From Balanoglossus misakiensis (Eukaryota; Animalia; Hemichordata): DNA of 64,000 bases. Position 1 is the stretch's first letter, and each line of letters opens with the position of its first letter. A program made the position numbers and the translations under genes. Below the pieces are notes generated by a model that made no database searches, was not told the origin of the DNA, and saw only the letters and a program-made list of their open reading frames with translations. Shown here piece after piece: positions 46,859 through 59,878 of this stretch. The DNA is taken from NCBI GenBank assembly GCA_040954595.2, contig CM082593.2, forward strand, positions 8,627,200-8,691,199, in the 5' to 3' direction.

Positions 46859-47044
46859 TACAGTCAAACCTGCCTATAGTGGCCAGTCAAAGGGACTTTC
46901 CTAACCTGACTTTTATAGACAGGTGGCTTTTATAGACAGGTCAATTAATGTACATGTTAGTTACACTCAGGGACTGTAACAAACTGTCCACTATATAGAG
47001 GTGGCCTTTAGATAGAGGTGGCCACTAACAAAGTCTTGACTCTA
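46859..47044. mobile_element. Tc1/pogo-like MITE
   Basis: TA-cagtcaaacc...ttgactc-TA with internal tatagacaggt/agaggtggcc repeats. Confidence 0.65.
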
Positions 47045-47199
47045 CCTTAATACTCACAATGACACACACTTAAAATAGATGAAAAAGCCAAACAACTACC
47101 AGACCTACCGATTTACTCAAACATTTTATTGCAAAACACAGAAATTGCAAGATCACATTTTTTGGACATCAACCACATACCGGTATTAAGAAAGGATTT

Positions 47200-50100
47200 C
47201 TAATCAGTCAAGAAATTCTGGACTGTTGCATTCACTAGTTTTTCTCCTGTTACATCTTTAAATTTCATCCCCATGTTATTGCGTATGCCTTCGGTTGGTT
47301 GGTAACGGAAATTCGGTTTTTCTTCAAGTATTATGCTGAAGATGAATTCTGCTGCTTCATCTGCCGTCTGGCCTGTAGAGCCTGCAATCATCTTCTGGCG
47401 AGCCCTTTCGTTCACTTTGGTTAACTCAATAGTGGCAGCATCTGTTTTGGATAGATCAACACCCTGAAGCAACAGGTCCATATTCTTTCTCACATCTGTC
47501 ATCACTGGTCCAAATTGTACAGTGCTGACGCTGTAATGTACCATGAAAAAGAGTGAAACCATTGAAATGTGTAAGCTTAAAGTGAAGGGGTCATCGCCCC
47601 TTTGTTTGTTGATAAACATTAGGATGTCATAGCTAATGCAGTTGGGTTTGCGCTGGTATGGGAGGACATATTCTCATCAAGGGGACACCAACGTGGAGCA
47701 ATGACCCCTTCCCTTTAAACTGCAACAACATTTAACTTAATACTCCTGCATAGCATTAAAGCTCCATTATAGTACCTGTAACTTTTTCGCTATGTTTTCA
47801 GAGTTTTTGATTTGTGAATCTACTGCAGTTTCTTGTTCGAATACCTGAAGCATGGTGACATGCCCAGTAACCAGCTGATTAACACACTAAAATCTGGTAT
47901 ATGTGTGTAGTTAGCATTGTTTTGGTGGGTGCAAAATTCTAATTTATGTGCAGACAAGAATTCATTTGTCAACAATAACAATGACCTGTTACACACACCT
48001 GTATACCTTATTCATGACAAGTGACAATAAGTTACAATCTCTTGTCACCAATATAAATTCCAGATGCTTTAGGATCTAGAATACGAATTTGTAATTAATA
48101 CACACACGGTAGAAAATAAAACTGGAAAATAATCAAAGACAACTATACAGTCCCTTGTATTAGCCAAGTAAAATCTTTTACTTACTAAACATTGAATTTC
48201 CGCATAGAGGATACCAAACATTCAGACATGCCTTCCATTGCATATTTCGATGCTGCATACACCTCTTGAAATGGGGCACCTGTATAGCATTGATGAAAGA
48301 TATAAACACATTTGTGACTTTCAAATATGAAGGTTTTGATCATAATTCCATTCTTATATTGTTAAAGAAAATTAATATAAAACTTACCAGTGACACCAAA
48401 CAAGGAACCCACGTTTATAATTTTCCCAGATCTTTGCTTTTTCATTGTAGCGAGGGCAGCACGTATTGTTCGTAATGGTCCATAAAAATTGGTCTCCATC
48501 ACATGTCGAACGGTTTCCATGGGGACACATTCAAATACTGCGCACAATCCAAGTCCAGCATTGTTAACTAAAAGAATAAGACAACATATTTCAATTAATT
48601 ATTCTGAAATAACAAGATTGGTGGGCCGGTGATTGAATATGTCACTTGGACAGCTACGACACAACATGAGGCTGATGAGGAACCATGCCTGAGACATTCA
48701 CACCTGTTTTTTTGATCGGCCACCGTACCTGGCTAGGACGATGGCCTACCCTTTTTTGAGCAATGTGAATGGCTTATTTGTGTCCATGCACCTGAGGCTC
48801 GGCTCCATATAGACAATGTGTTTATCCTTTACACCGGCTCAGGCCTGGACGGCAAAACTATCTCAAATCTGAAATTTTCCAGGACCACACATAATTTATG
48901 CCAGTATCTGACTTGAGATGTTTCAGAAGCATTTCAAATGCATGTGTGTAAACCTCATCATGTAGACCAGTTGAATGATACCATGCTTATCAGCCTTTCC
49001 GTGCAGAGCAAAAACAACACCACATAGCAATGGATTTATTTTATGGCATCTCATTATGATTTATGATTAGAATCAAAGTTTAACAATGACCCTCCGTAGC
49101 AAATGTTTAAAGCAAATATGACATCAATTTATAAGCTTAGTGTTGTATGTTTGTCTGTTGTTGTTGTGCCACAAATTTCCCATCACTTCTTTTCACTGGA
49201 GTGTGGGTCATAAACTTCAAATAGCCAACTAATCACAATTATTAGTTATTTGGAATGAAAAAACACACCATTTCTGGATTTTACTGTCCAAGTTCTGGGG
49301 CACATGTATTTCTTGTGTCTTCACAACGTGGATCATGGATGGTGGGTCAAAGCCGACTCAAATGAAGAAGAAAATGGACCCATGACCCGAACTTGTCCTC
49401 GAAAATAGCAAACAAACCCACACTGAGGGGCATTTAGACCCAAAGCAATCTAATAAGCCTCCCATTAATCAGTCCCCAAAATCAGACATTTTAATAGTGT
49501 TTACTTTTGACCTAATGCACACACTGAAATATGCCACTGGGCGCACCTGGGCAGTTCTATATCTGTGTTCATCCTAGGCTATTGAAATTTGCCCCAGTGA
49601 TAGCTGCTGCTAAAGTTAAGTGGTGTGTTCGCAGCCCACACCACTCAACCCAGCAGCACCCGCTACAATCATTGCAGCTACCCCAGTGATTGCCACCACA
49701 ATGATCTAAAGAAGTGTATCTGGGATTTTTTTTATCCAGCTTACGGTAGTTTATTTTGTAGCAAAATCTTATTAAAGGAGATCAACTAGGGTTAATTCAC
49801 TGCTCTGAAAGTTTTTGCATCATAAAATTAAATCTATGTCTAAAAAAAAATCCTAGACACTCTTTGTATGATAGTTATTAAATGCACATTTGCTTTTTGG
49901 AAAGTTATTTAAATTGCTTGTCACGTGATAGTTGTGTAAGCATAAGCATCAGCCCCCCCCCCCCCCCCCCTACAGCTGTGTTAATACCACAGCTATAGCC
50001 TATAGGAATGCAAGATCGAAAAGTGCTGACTCGGCTTTTCCACAATATAATAGACCCCCTGATTGAAAAAAGTAGGATGGGAACATCCTGATTTGTCTCT

Positions 50101-50766
50101 ATTTTTGTATTTAAAATTCATTTGTATACAATGTGAAAATCAGGAAAATGAGGATATTCTAACTTTTTAGGAACGTACAGTCCTTGAAGCTGTTGTGTAC
50201 ATTCATCAAAGGTCAGCGGCGCGTACATTGATTCGGTTTCTGTTTGTCATCCCTTTAGAAACGATATAATATTGTACAGTTTTAGTCTGAATAAGCTCAT
50301 TTTGGGTCCGTTGACTGTAGGCCTATATGAACCCGATGAACACTTTGACCCCGCCCCAATAAGAGTTTCGGAGACACACCCCCTCTACTACACTGGCACG
50401 TTACCAACTGTGTCCAAGAGTTCACACGAGTTCACAAGACCATTCGAGATGATTTAAATGAATAAACGGAAGATTATAATGTTGCTACCCTAACTACATA
50501 CCTAAAACGTCAATTCTCCCGGTCTCTTGCAAAAGATTTCTGAAGAAATCATCCACCGAATCGTCTTTGGTCACGTCAAGCTGGCGTACGAAAAGTGTTT
50601 TGTCCAGAACGTCTGCGGCTCCAATATCGAGGGCACCGCGTTTGGATAAGTTTCTCATGGTTGCGTACACCTTGTATCTCTTGTCTTTGTCCTTTGCCAG
50701 CATTGTGGCCAAGGACAGTCCTATCCCAGTTGAACAACCTGTAATAACTACGACTAGTTGCGCCAT
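47200..50766 (-). CDS. Short-chain dehydrogenase/reductase, RDH8 / 17-beta-HSD1-like, about 289 aa
   Basis: Exons 50766-50502, 48567-48388, 48279-48186, 47530-47200 in frame. TGCSTGIG Rossmann motif, KVYATMRNL, DVLVNNAG, catalytic Ser (NVGS) and YAASK. Confidence 0.92.
47577..47718. mobile_element. MITE family D copy
   Basis: ttaaagtgaaggggtcat...atgaccccttccctttaa. Confidence 0.8.
49601..49680. mobile_element. TAG..CTA MITE with perfect 9-bp TSD
   Basis: ccccagtga-tagctgc...gcagcta-ccccagtga. Confidence 0.8.
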
Positions 50767-51016
50767 GACTGAACAGTAGGACAGCTATGATGCCTTTGTC
50801 TTCAAAATTCAATTTGGGGTCGTCTAGTAGGCCTACGCTTATCTTGAACTGATCGTTTGTACCTTTTCATGGTACGTATTAAAACTGTTGAACCGTACCA
50901 GTTATAATCCAGTGCGTGTTGAGGTCATGGTACGTATTTAAGTCTACATGACCTGACGGGGTCATAGTCCAGCCGTATATTTAACTTTGGGGATGCTTTT
51001 GTGAGAGAGTACTTTA

Positions 51017-51890
51017 TTAATAGTGAAGTTTGTCCTGAGCTGGCAGCAGTATAAATTTGCGCAAAATGTGTAGAACACATGAACAGTGAGCAAATCTTCT
51101 AGACAGAAAGTTGCCACGAATATACAATAGACGCATGAGACTGGTTATAAAGACGCCCAAATGCCTGTAGGAGTGAACAAACGAAAGCTTCACATCACTA
51201 AGATGGATGTCTGGCATATTTAAAAGTTTAAAGCCACTGGGCATTACAATCATGCAAACGGTTTTCTTTTAATTTGATTATAAAGAATATCATGCTCAAC
51301 CCCATAAATCTCACAAACAAGAATAAGTTTTTGCAAGCCCTTGCTTGTCGGACTAAAGATTACAAGATCATCAGCATAACAGATGAATATTCTACCACGG
51401 AACAAACACCCGACATTGTAAGAGGAAAGACGGGAGCTAAGATCATCGATGTATACATTGAACAAAAGTGGTGAAAGAATACCCCCCTGACGCAAGGGAC
51501 AAAATGGTTGAGATCTGTACCAAAAAAAAAACTATTAGTCGAACAATCATTACAGGTACACAAGAGTCCAGTGGTTCACACGGTCAAATGCTTAGAGGCA
51601 TCCATAAAACATAAAAACATGGGGGTTTAATGTGTCTTGTAAAACTGAATAACTTCGAGAGATAAATACATTGATCTGTAGAATGCTTAGCCCTAAAACC
51701 AAACTGGTTATCTGAGGTATAAAGACATGTTCAAAGATCTTTGAGAACACAGCTAGCGCAATAGGTCGATAATTGCTCTAGTCAGCTACGTCACCGGCCT
51801 TGTCTTTGATGATAGGCATCAATACAGAAGAAATCATACTGGGAGGCAAATAACCATGTACAATACATGACTTTAAAAAAGCTATACCAT
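51017..51890 (-). mobile_element. Degenerate non-LTR retrotransposon reverse transcriptase (L2/CR1-group-like)
   Basis: Frameshifted RT motifs NYRPIALA, NQFGFRAKHSTDQC, RQGGILSPLLFNVYIDDL, YADDL, YRHLG. Confidence 0.88.
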
Positions 51891-51949
51891 ATCATTGGAT
51901 GCAGCGTATGAGAAATATGAGAAATGAGTTGATAGTTACTCAAAGAAAA

Positions 51950-52295
51950 GCTATATTGAAAAACAAATCACCAGGGAAAATATAGAGACGCATTAATTTG
52001 GTGTAAAGATTTCTATTGGAATCTGGTAAATAGGTATGTAGAGAAATCATATGCGACAAAGGTGTGGGAAAACAAAATTGGTGTTTATCCGAACTGGAGT
52101 ATGATATGGGCAATCAAAGTGAAATAATACAAATAAAAAAGATTGGTCAATTCAATTTTTTTTATTGTATGATAAACTTCCACACAAAGTGAATTTATTT
52201 AAATGGAAAAGGGAAGCTTCCCCATTGTGTGAAGTATGTAAAGTGATTGAAGATTGTAAGCATTTGTTTATTGACTATATACAAAGGATCGGTGG
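51950..52295 (+). mobile_element. LINE ORF2 C-terminal zinc-finger relic (L1/Tx1-like)
   Basis: KLPHKVNLFKWKREASPLCEVCKVIEDCKHLF resembles the CCHC zf-RVT region. Confidence 0.65.
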
Positions 52296-52899
52296 ATTTC
52301 AGCTCCTCCTAAAATCATGCAGGTGTTCCAACACATACTTCAGTTCGTTCTACAGTAAGGAGTTCGTTCCAGAGTGAGGTTCCACCAGCCTGCCTTGTCC
52401 TGTATATCCACGGCTGGTCCTTTTTTAAATAAAATCATATCATTGGCGTTAAAATCTACTCTACCCGTGTTCCCGTCTCTTCATCAACCGACATCCCAAC
52501 CAGACTCTACCAATGTATGTATCCCCCAATTATTGGGAGACATGACATGACGCAGATAGGCCTACATGAGAAGTAGGCCAGTAGGAGTCGACCAATAGGA
52601 GTAATCGGACAATTCTTGAACGTTAACTTCTGTATGCATTGTATTGTTACTGAGGAAATACTTGTCATTTGGGGACAATTTTCTCCCCCAAATCGGCAAG
52701 ATCGGTACATAATGTTACACACACAATGTGTGCGTAGCCTACATCAGAGCTAACTCGGTGTGCATCTATAGAAAAAAATATTTGTGAAAAATTGATTCAG
52801 ATACGTAGGTTTTTTTCATTATCTACGGTATAAATTGCTATAAAATACAAGTTTTAATTATCTCAAAATTCATGTTTCGGAATAAAACTTTTGCACAGT

Positions 52900-53650
52900 T
52901 CGTCTACTGAAATATGAAAAGACGTTTTACTATCTGGTTCCCCGGCCCCGCCCATTCCCACCGCTGGCTGCGCTACGCTAAAAGGAAAGGATGGCTTTGC
53001 TCGTCACCGTGACTGCAGTGGAACGGAATCACTCTATAACATCCGGTGCAATGTATCTACCGCCCGGAGAAACTTTCATAGCCAGTTTGGGCCATCTGGC
53101 CTTATATATTACATTACACGGCTTGCAATGAACATCCGAACACTCGGAGCTGTGAAGAGACAAAAACAAAACGTGGCGTTGAGGGCGCTGTATAGTCGTG
53201 GTGTCATGGCGGGGAGATTTAAACTTCTAACTTCCATCGATCGGTTTGAATGGAGCGCCAAGCCCTCAGAATGGAATATTATTCCTGAAATACTGGTTCC
53301 AAGTATTCGCCAGAGGTCCAGGTGCAAGTTTTATCATGAACAGTTCAATTTTCTTGTGTAGTTCTATCGCAGGCAGTGGAAATTGTCCAACGTAATGGAA
53401 TTTTGCACGATTGCGTCACAAGGTGTCATGGCGGACTTTATCTCTGTGACGAGAATATTCGAAATGGATGTCGTCACTGAACATGGAGAATAGTATACAT
53501 GATTTTTGTGCGCGTTTGAATCCAAATTTCATGGTGGAGTCCATCTGAAGATGTTACACAGTGTGCATGGAATATCGTTGGTCGACTTGAACGTTTCAGT
53601 GAGTATTATTTCATTAAATTATCGTGTTTACAAAAAACATGCCGTGACGT
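52900..53650 (+). promoter_or_regulatory. CpG-rich putative promoter and first exon of an unidentified transcript
   Basis: CpG-rich region with a GC box (ccccgccc) and a donor-like tca/gtgagt near 53599; possible downstream exon 57673-57724 (cag...atg/gtaag). No recognisable protein. Confidence 0.35.
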
Positions 53651-56600
53651 AATTTGTGAAACATTTGTGACCCCCCATGCATTGACAAAGGACTTTTACA
53701 CATATTCATAGTAAGCGAAAAATTTGGTTTCACATGCATTTTTAGGCTTTTTATATCATAATAACGAGTTTGTATGAAAGTTTAATACTCATAGTCGTAT
53801 TCATAGGACAAGCCAAAAAGTCAGTAATTCCATTGCAAACCAAAACTATTCATATTAATTATTTATTTTATAAAGCATGACGAGACAACCTCTTGTCAGA
53901 ATCCTTAGAAATGTTGTAGGCATGTTCCTAGGGATAAGCTGTTGTACGTATATGTAATACCTTGGTGAAATTTGCATATTTGTGTTCTTGGGGCAATTTT
54001 GGGGGATTTTGCACCCAAAATTGTTTTCTATGAAACCGTTTATCAGATTGCTTTGAATTTTTGTAGGCATATTCCTTATGGTGATTGAAGTATAAAGAAA
54101 TTGTACAATTCTGGTGATATTTTATTCTGGTGATATTTGCATATTTGTGTTTTTGCCACTTTTGAGGCAATATTGTTTTCTCTGAAACTGCTTTGACATT
54201 TGGTGGGAATAATCATTAGTGGGAACTCAAGTCAGGTAATGAAAAGTGTTGGTGAAATTTGTGTTCTTTGGGCAATTTTTGGTGTTTTTATTAAAATTTT
54301 TTACAAAGAATTTACATTATACACAGTAACACGAAATGAGTCGTGTATCAATTTGATGCTCTTACAGTGTGAAATTTCTGAGTACCAACAACTGTCTTCA
54401 CATATGGTCTATCCCGATCTGTTTTTCGGTCAATGAATACAAACTCTCTCTTTGACAAATATATGTTGTCACCACTCTTCACCATCTTGGGCACGACTTT
54501 CAATATTTCTTCACAGTAAGTGAACAGACTCTTAGCATCACGAATTAGGGCCCTACCACTGATGACAGCTTGGTGACAGCTATTCTTTACGACTGCCCCT
54601 AACCCATCACAAACTGATTTTCCGTGGCTGGTTTAAAAAAAGTTGTGAACTATAAGAGGTTGGGTCATTTGTGATATTTCTAGGAATGAGTGTTTCCTCT
54701 TGTATTGGCTTGCGCAACCGCAGTGAACTCATTCAGTTCCTGCAGTTTGTTTCCATGTGAATCTTGAATAAGTTGTATGGCTGCATCTTCAAGGGCTATA
54801 AACTGTTTTTGTGTCTTTGACATGGTCATCCGCTACCTGTTGCTGATAGTAAGCCATCATTGGATAAAGAATCACCTGTGTTTGGTTGAAAAAACCTTTT
54901 TGGATCTAATCTTGAAAATGACATGCATAGTTTTCGGCAAAGTCCATGACCAGAGTAGTTTTTTTTACTGTCGATGCACATTTTCATAGCCCTTTGTTGC
55001 CAGGTAGCCTGAAACAAGTGGATATCACATGGACTTTTGTGTTTACATCCATCATCATTTCCCATCTTTATCCTCATCCTCCACTTCTTTACCCTCAGAA
55101 CCTCACTTTTTCGCTTCAATTCTTCAGCTTTCTTATTCAAAGCCTCCTTCTCTTTCTGTATGCTTCTTTCGTTTCCACCAAGCAAGGGAAATTTTCACTT
55201 TGGGGGCAGATAGAAAGCCTGTTAAATTCTACTTCTGGTTCGTTGATGATACACAAATCCTCCATCCCCGGCCCCTCCATTGTCTGCCTGAAATAGTGCA
55301 GAGCGCCATCTAGTGTTGAAATAGTGCATAAACATAAAAATGGTTTTCATGAAACCAAAAATGGATTTGTAGACACAAACATGCTTTTCATGAACACAAA
55401 AATAGTTTTAATGAATAAAAAAATGGCTTTTGAATTTGGCTACACTTGGCTTGCCATAAGGGACCGTGGTAGAATGTAGATGTGTTTGGATAAATTGTCT
55501 ATATAATGGTATTTCCCAGTTTTGTGTGTGGTTTATATTTGTCTTGACCAGTAGGAGCAAATCGCATAGGCTGCTGTTTGAATTTGAAAAATCATGATTG
55601 ATGGTATAGATTGACTTTCACAAATGGGGTCAAACAGCCATTCTGGCACAACGCTTTTGAGAAAATTGCGTTCACTTACTAAGTTACTAACACTGCAGGA
55701 TTTTTCTATGTATTTTCCACATGTGGAAAATACATGCATGTACATGTATACATGTACTTGCTATATATATTCATGGATATCAATTTATCATATGTAAGAT
55801 TGGATGACAAAGAAAGCCATAAACGGCATGATAAACCCAATAAATTTCTCTGAATCCGGGAGCACACACAGTACGTCGTACCAGCTGTATATAGGGTGGT
55901 TTCGCATTCTGATGGAGGACATCAAGAAAATGTTGTCAATGCACATGTAGCAAGACGTTACAAACAGTTGTGGTTTGAGTTCTCTCTTATTTCAAAAGAT
56001 CTTCTTGCACAACATGGCAATTTAGTGTACTGTTATGTGCTGGTACATGTTCATGAAGTGCAAATTCTTCCAGGCTGATATTTAGACAGAAACGTTGACC
56101 TCTAGCCATTTTCCAGACATGACAACATGCATTCGTTGATTTTATTCCACCCCATGATAATTCCCATCAGTGTTTTCTAAATCTATTTATTCAGTTGGCA
56201 CTGTTCAATAACAACTAGCTCATATCAAGGTGATGGAATAAAATGCTTAAACTGACAGATGTCAAGATTAACCCTAATGCTACTGGGTGTCATATCTGTT
56301 GAGTGTGTCAAGTCCCTTAAAATACGTATTTGCCACTTTTTCTTCTATAACGTTATTTGACTGTCTTGACATGGCTGAGCTCTCATACGTACTTAGACAC
56401 ACTTGGTAGTTTGAACCCCCCTCCCCGAAAAATGTACCAAATCGTACTGGTTTGCACTGTATTGGTTTGAGGGTCTAGTATAGGCCCTACTGAATGACAC
56501 ACACTTGGCAGCGTAACGAGCCTGGGAACCAGGATTCTAGGGCAGCGTTAGGGTTAAACTCGTTTCGCTTCAAACACCCATGTACATGTAGCATTCATGC

Positions 56601-58189
56601 AATTAGAATGTCGTTGTCGGTTTATGACGCAGATCAGTATTCTTTGATAAGGTTGTTTTGGTATAAAGGTTGGCTAACACATCTGGTCACTGATAACAGA
56701 CTTTGTGTATCAGTAGGATTTGTTTGTTTTGGTTTATATAAATGTCTCCATACGCAACATTTTTAGTCTGTATGCATTTTTCCACAGCGAAAAACAATGT
56801 GTATTTGTGCAGTGGTGCATTTAGGATCAGAGAGTTGAGGGCATTTTGGCCAGTGGTCTCCATTTTGAGGGCCTTTTGAAAATTAGAGGGACATTTTGTC
56901 TGTTGCCATCATGACAATCATACTATATTCATAAAGTAAGGCAAGATTGAGAATTGCAGGGAATTCCTTTGCAGTGTAATCTCATGTAAAGTGTAGGGAA
57001 ATTTTTTTTCAATCTAATCTTTTTTTTGAGTCTGATCATGATTATCAATGATGATTTGTGAAGCATTTTCCAATATTTTACAAGGCGAGCTGCTGTTCTG
57101 AGTCAATGATTGATCTGAGTTGCTCATTAGCATACATTATGCTTAATTAAATTCAAAAGAATGCACCCTTGTATATTGTATTGTCATAATGTTGAACTGT
57201 CTGTGGTAACATTTTCTGGACTTTTGACAATTGACCTTGTCTGCGTCTATTCAAGTATTTCAGCATTCTCAGCATAGGAAGTTAACTTTCCTCCTTAGGA
57301 GTGTATGTGCATGTTCTCTTAAATTTTAAAATTTAGAAGATTATAATAAGGCTCTGTAGTTATCTCATTTTTATATGTGGATGAGAAGTGGCAACATTTT
57401 TATAAACAACTGTATACAAATTTGAAGATAAAAATATAATATGTGTGAGTTTCTCTTACCCATGATTTCTTTATTTTTTAAAGCTTTGATTTTGTGCTCA
57501 AAATTGTTTTCAACTTTCTTAATTGCAGGAGGAACTTTCCATGCAATTTAGCCGACAAGACTTGTTGGGAAAAGTTGAAGATTACAGAAATGGATGTACA
57601 TTATTGCAGCTGATCTTTGAGCAGGGAAGTAATATTTTTTTACTATTGTGCTTTATTGTTTTGCTTGACAGCTTAAATGTACATTGCAGATGGTGCAGAA
57701 TTATAAACGTCTGCTGCAAGACATGGTAAGCATCTGCTATATTCAGTTTGGATTTTATTTGATGTTCAAATACAAATGTACCCTAAAGAGGATGATTTAC
57801 ACCATCAGTCGGGTTGAAATTGGAGCAGTAATATTTCTTAAAATCAATGACAATTGAAAGACAAATGTAACACGAGAACCGTCAATCTGTTAATGAAAAA
57901 TGTACAATGCATTGAACCAAGAGTAACTTCTACCACCAGTGCATTAGGTTTTTGTCATCAAAAAGGTAGGATTGTAGTTTGTAGACTGTAGTTGAGGTAA
58001 GACAGAACATTTTAATCATAAGTAATTCAATAATAGACATGGCCGGTAATAGGATCAGATATTAAATTACTACTGAAATTATAATTTTGAGTGTTTGCAG
58101 GATAAGGTGCTATAAAGTTTCAAAATACATATTAAACAAACTTAATAAAAATATGAACCTTGACAATGAAGTTAGTTAATAATGTTCAC

Positions 58190-58462
58190 AATAATGATTA
58201 GGATGATGGTATCATAAAAGTAATAATAATGATGATCACAATGGTAATGATATAACAAAAAAAGTTATGATGATGATAATAAAATAACTAATAATAATGA
58301 CGACAATGATGATGATGATGATGATGATGAAATGACAAAAATGATAATGACAATGATTGTGATGACAAAATAATATAACAGTAATGATGATGATGATCAG
58401 ATAATATAATAATGAGCTATGATAATAAAAATAACGATAATAATGACAATGATGATGATTAG
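58190..58462. repeat. Degenerate (GAT/AAT)n low-complexity repeat
   Basis: Runs of gatgatgat and aataataat. Confidence 0.85.
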
Positions 58463-59289
58463 TTCTTTATAACTGTGTAAGAAAGACACCAATAATAGTA
58501 GTTTCTGCAGAGCATATGTCAACGCGGTATTGTACATGTATGGTTTTGGTGGATCTTCAGGATACTTTGAGACGCAATTGGTTGGAGAATGAATAATTTT
58601 TGTCTTGATTGGTATAGGTGGTGATTATTTGTTTCATAATGGTCTTAATTTACTCCAGAATAACGGGTGTAATGTTGTGTCTGTTACTAGCGTTTGATTT
58701 GGCATTGTGGTTGTAGTGGTATAAAATAACGGAATTAACAATGTTAGTAAAGGTTTAATTTAACCATAAATATACGTTACACAGAGATGTATTTTCATCT
58801 AAACAATCAGTCACATTCATCCTTAATATTCGTCAGAATTGGTAGCCTAAACACTATGCATAGTTGGCATTGCATTCTTTGTGATTCTGTGTACAGGGTT
58901 TTGCAAAGTAAATGTGTTTGTACAAACCACGGTAAAATGATCCTAGTACATAGAGCTGTTGGTGAAAATTTATGACTGATATAGATAAATATCATTGATA
59001 TGCCTGTTATTAAATGAATTAATTAAAGTTTTCTTTTTTTCTAGGAATGCACTTCATATGAATCCGTGTTGCCTAGTATCATTTTAATGTACAAATGTAG
59101 CAGCCCATTTTGCTTGACTAATGACGTGTACAATATATCATGAACCGAGTTCGTCTGTCTTTCAGACGAAAGGCATGCATGCAAATTTAACTACAGTTAC
59201 CATGGTAAATGGAGATCTACATGTATATATTGGTACATGTATATATAGATATACATAGCAGTTTTAACCGTAACATAGCTGTGTTGCTG

Positions 59290-59372
59290 ATTATGGTGAC
59301 GGTGATGATGATAATAATGATGGTGATGATGGTGATACTAATGATGATGGTAATGGTGATAACGGTGATGGT
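59290..59372. repeat. Degenerate (GAT/GGT)n microsatellite
   Basis: ggtgatgatgataataatgatggtgatgatgg... Confidence 0.85.
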
Positions 59373-59878
59373 TTACCTACCTGTACAGAATGTTATCCGT
59401 AACGTCGCATTCATGATTAACAGCCGTTAATAGATCCCTTAGTATCTATAGATCTTGTAGTATGTACCGGGTATATATTTTAAGTTGTACTCTCTAATGT
59501 TTTGTCATGTAATAACAAAATGACTTCCATAATGTTGTGACAGTTGTACTTTCCTTCATTATTAACAGGGTGAAATTTGTGTATGAGATACACACATGTA
59601 ATGATCGATACAAAGCAGTGTAAATGGGTGATCTACTGGGTGCAGTCATGCTCTCTCAGGTGTATTTTATTAAAACTTGCACATATATATGTGGGTGTCC
59701 CTAATCTGACCTGGCCAGTCAGCTTTATGGATGTCATAACCTTGCACTCTCAAACATGACATACCGTATATTAAGTAACCACTCAGAGTGTTGATAAGTA
59801 AAAGTTTCTAATTTATCAAACTAGTTAATAATATTAATAATATGGAATTAGTTGTGTTATTAAGTGAACAGTGTTTCA

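Noticed and set aside
48670-48700. Hammerhead ribozyme core (CTGATGAG), also near 39149
   Set aside because: No downstream GAAA with compatible stems seen.
53640-54330. Repeated ggtgaaatttgcatatttgtgtt (octamer-like ATTTGCAT)
   Set aside because: Looks like internal repeats of a degraded interspersed element; no boundaries or function supportable.
59209-59430. Met/Val-rich 'membrane protein' ORF
   Set aside because: Translation of a GAT/GGT microsatellite.
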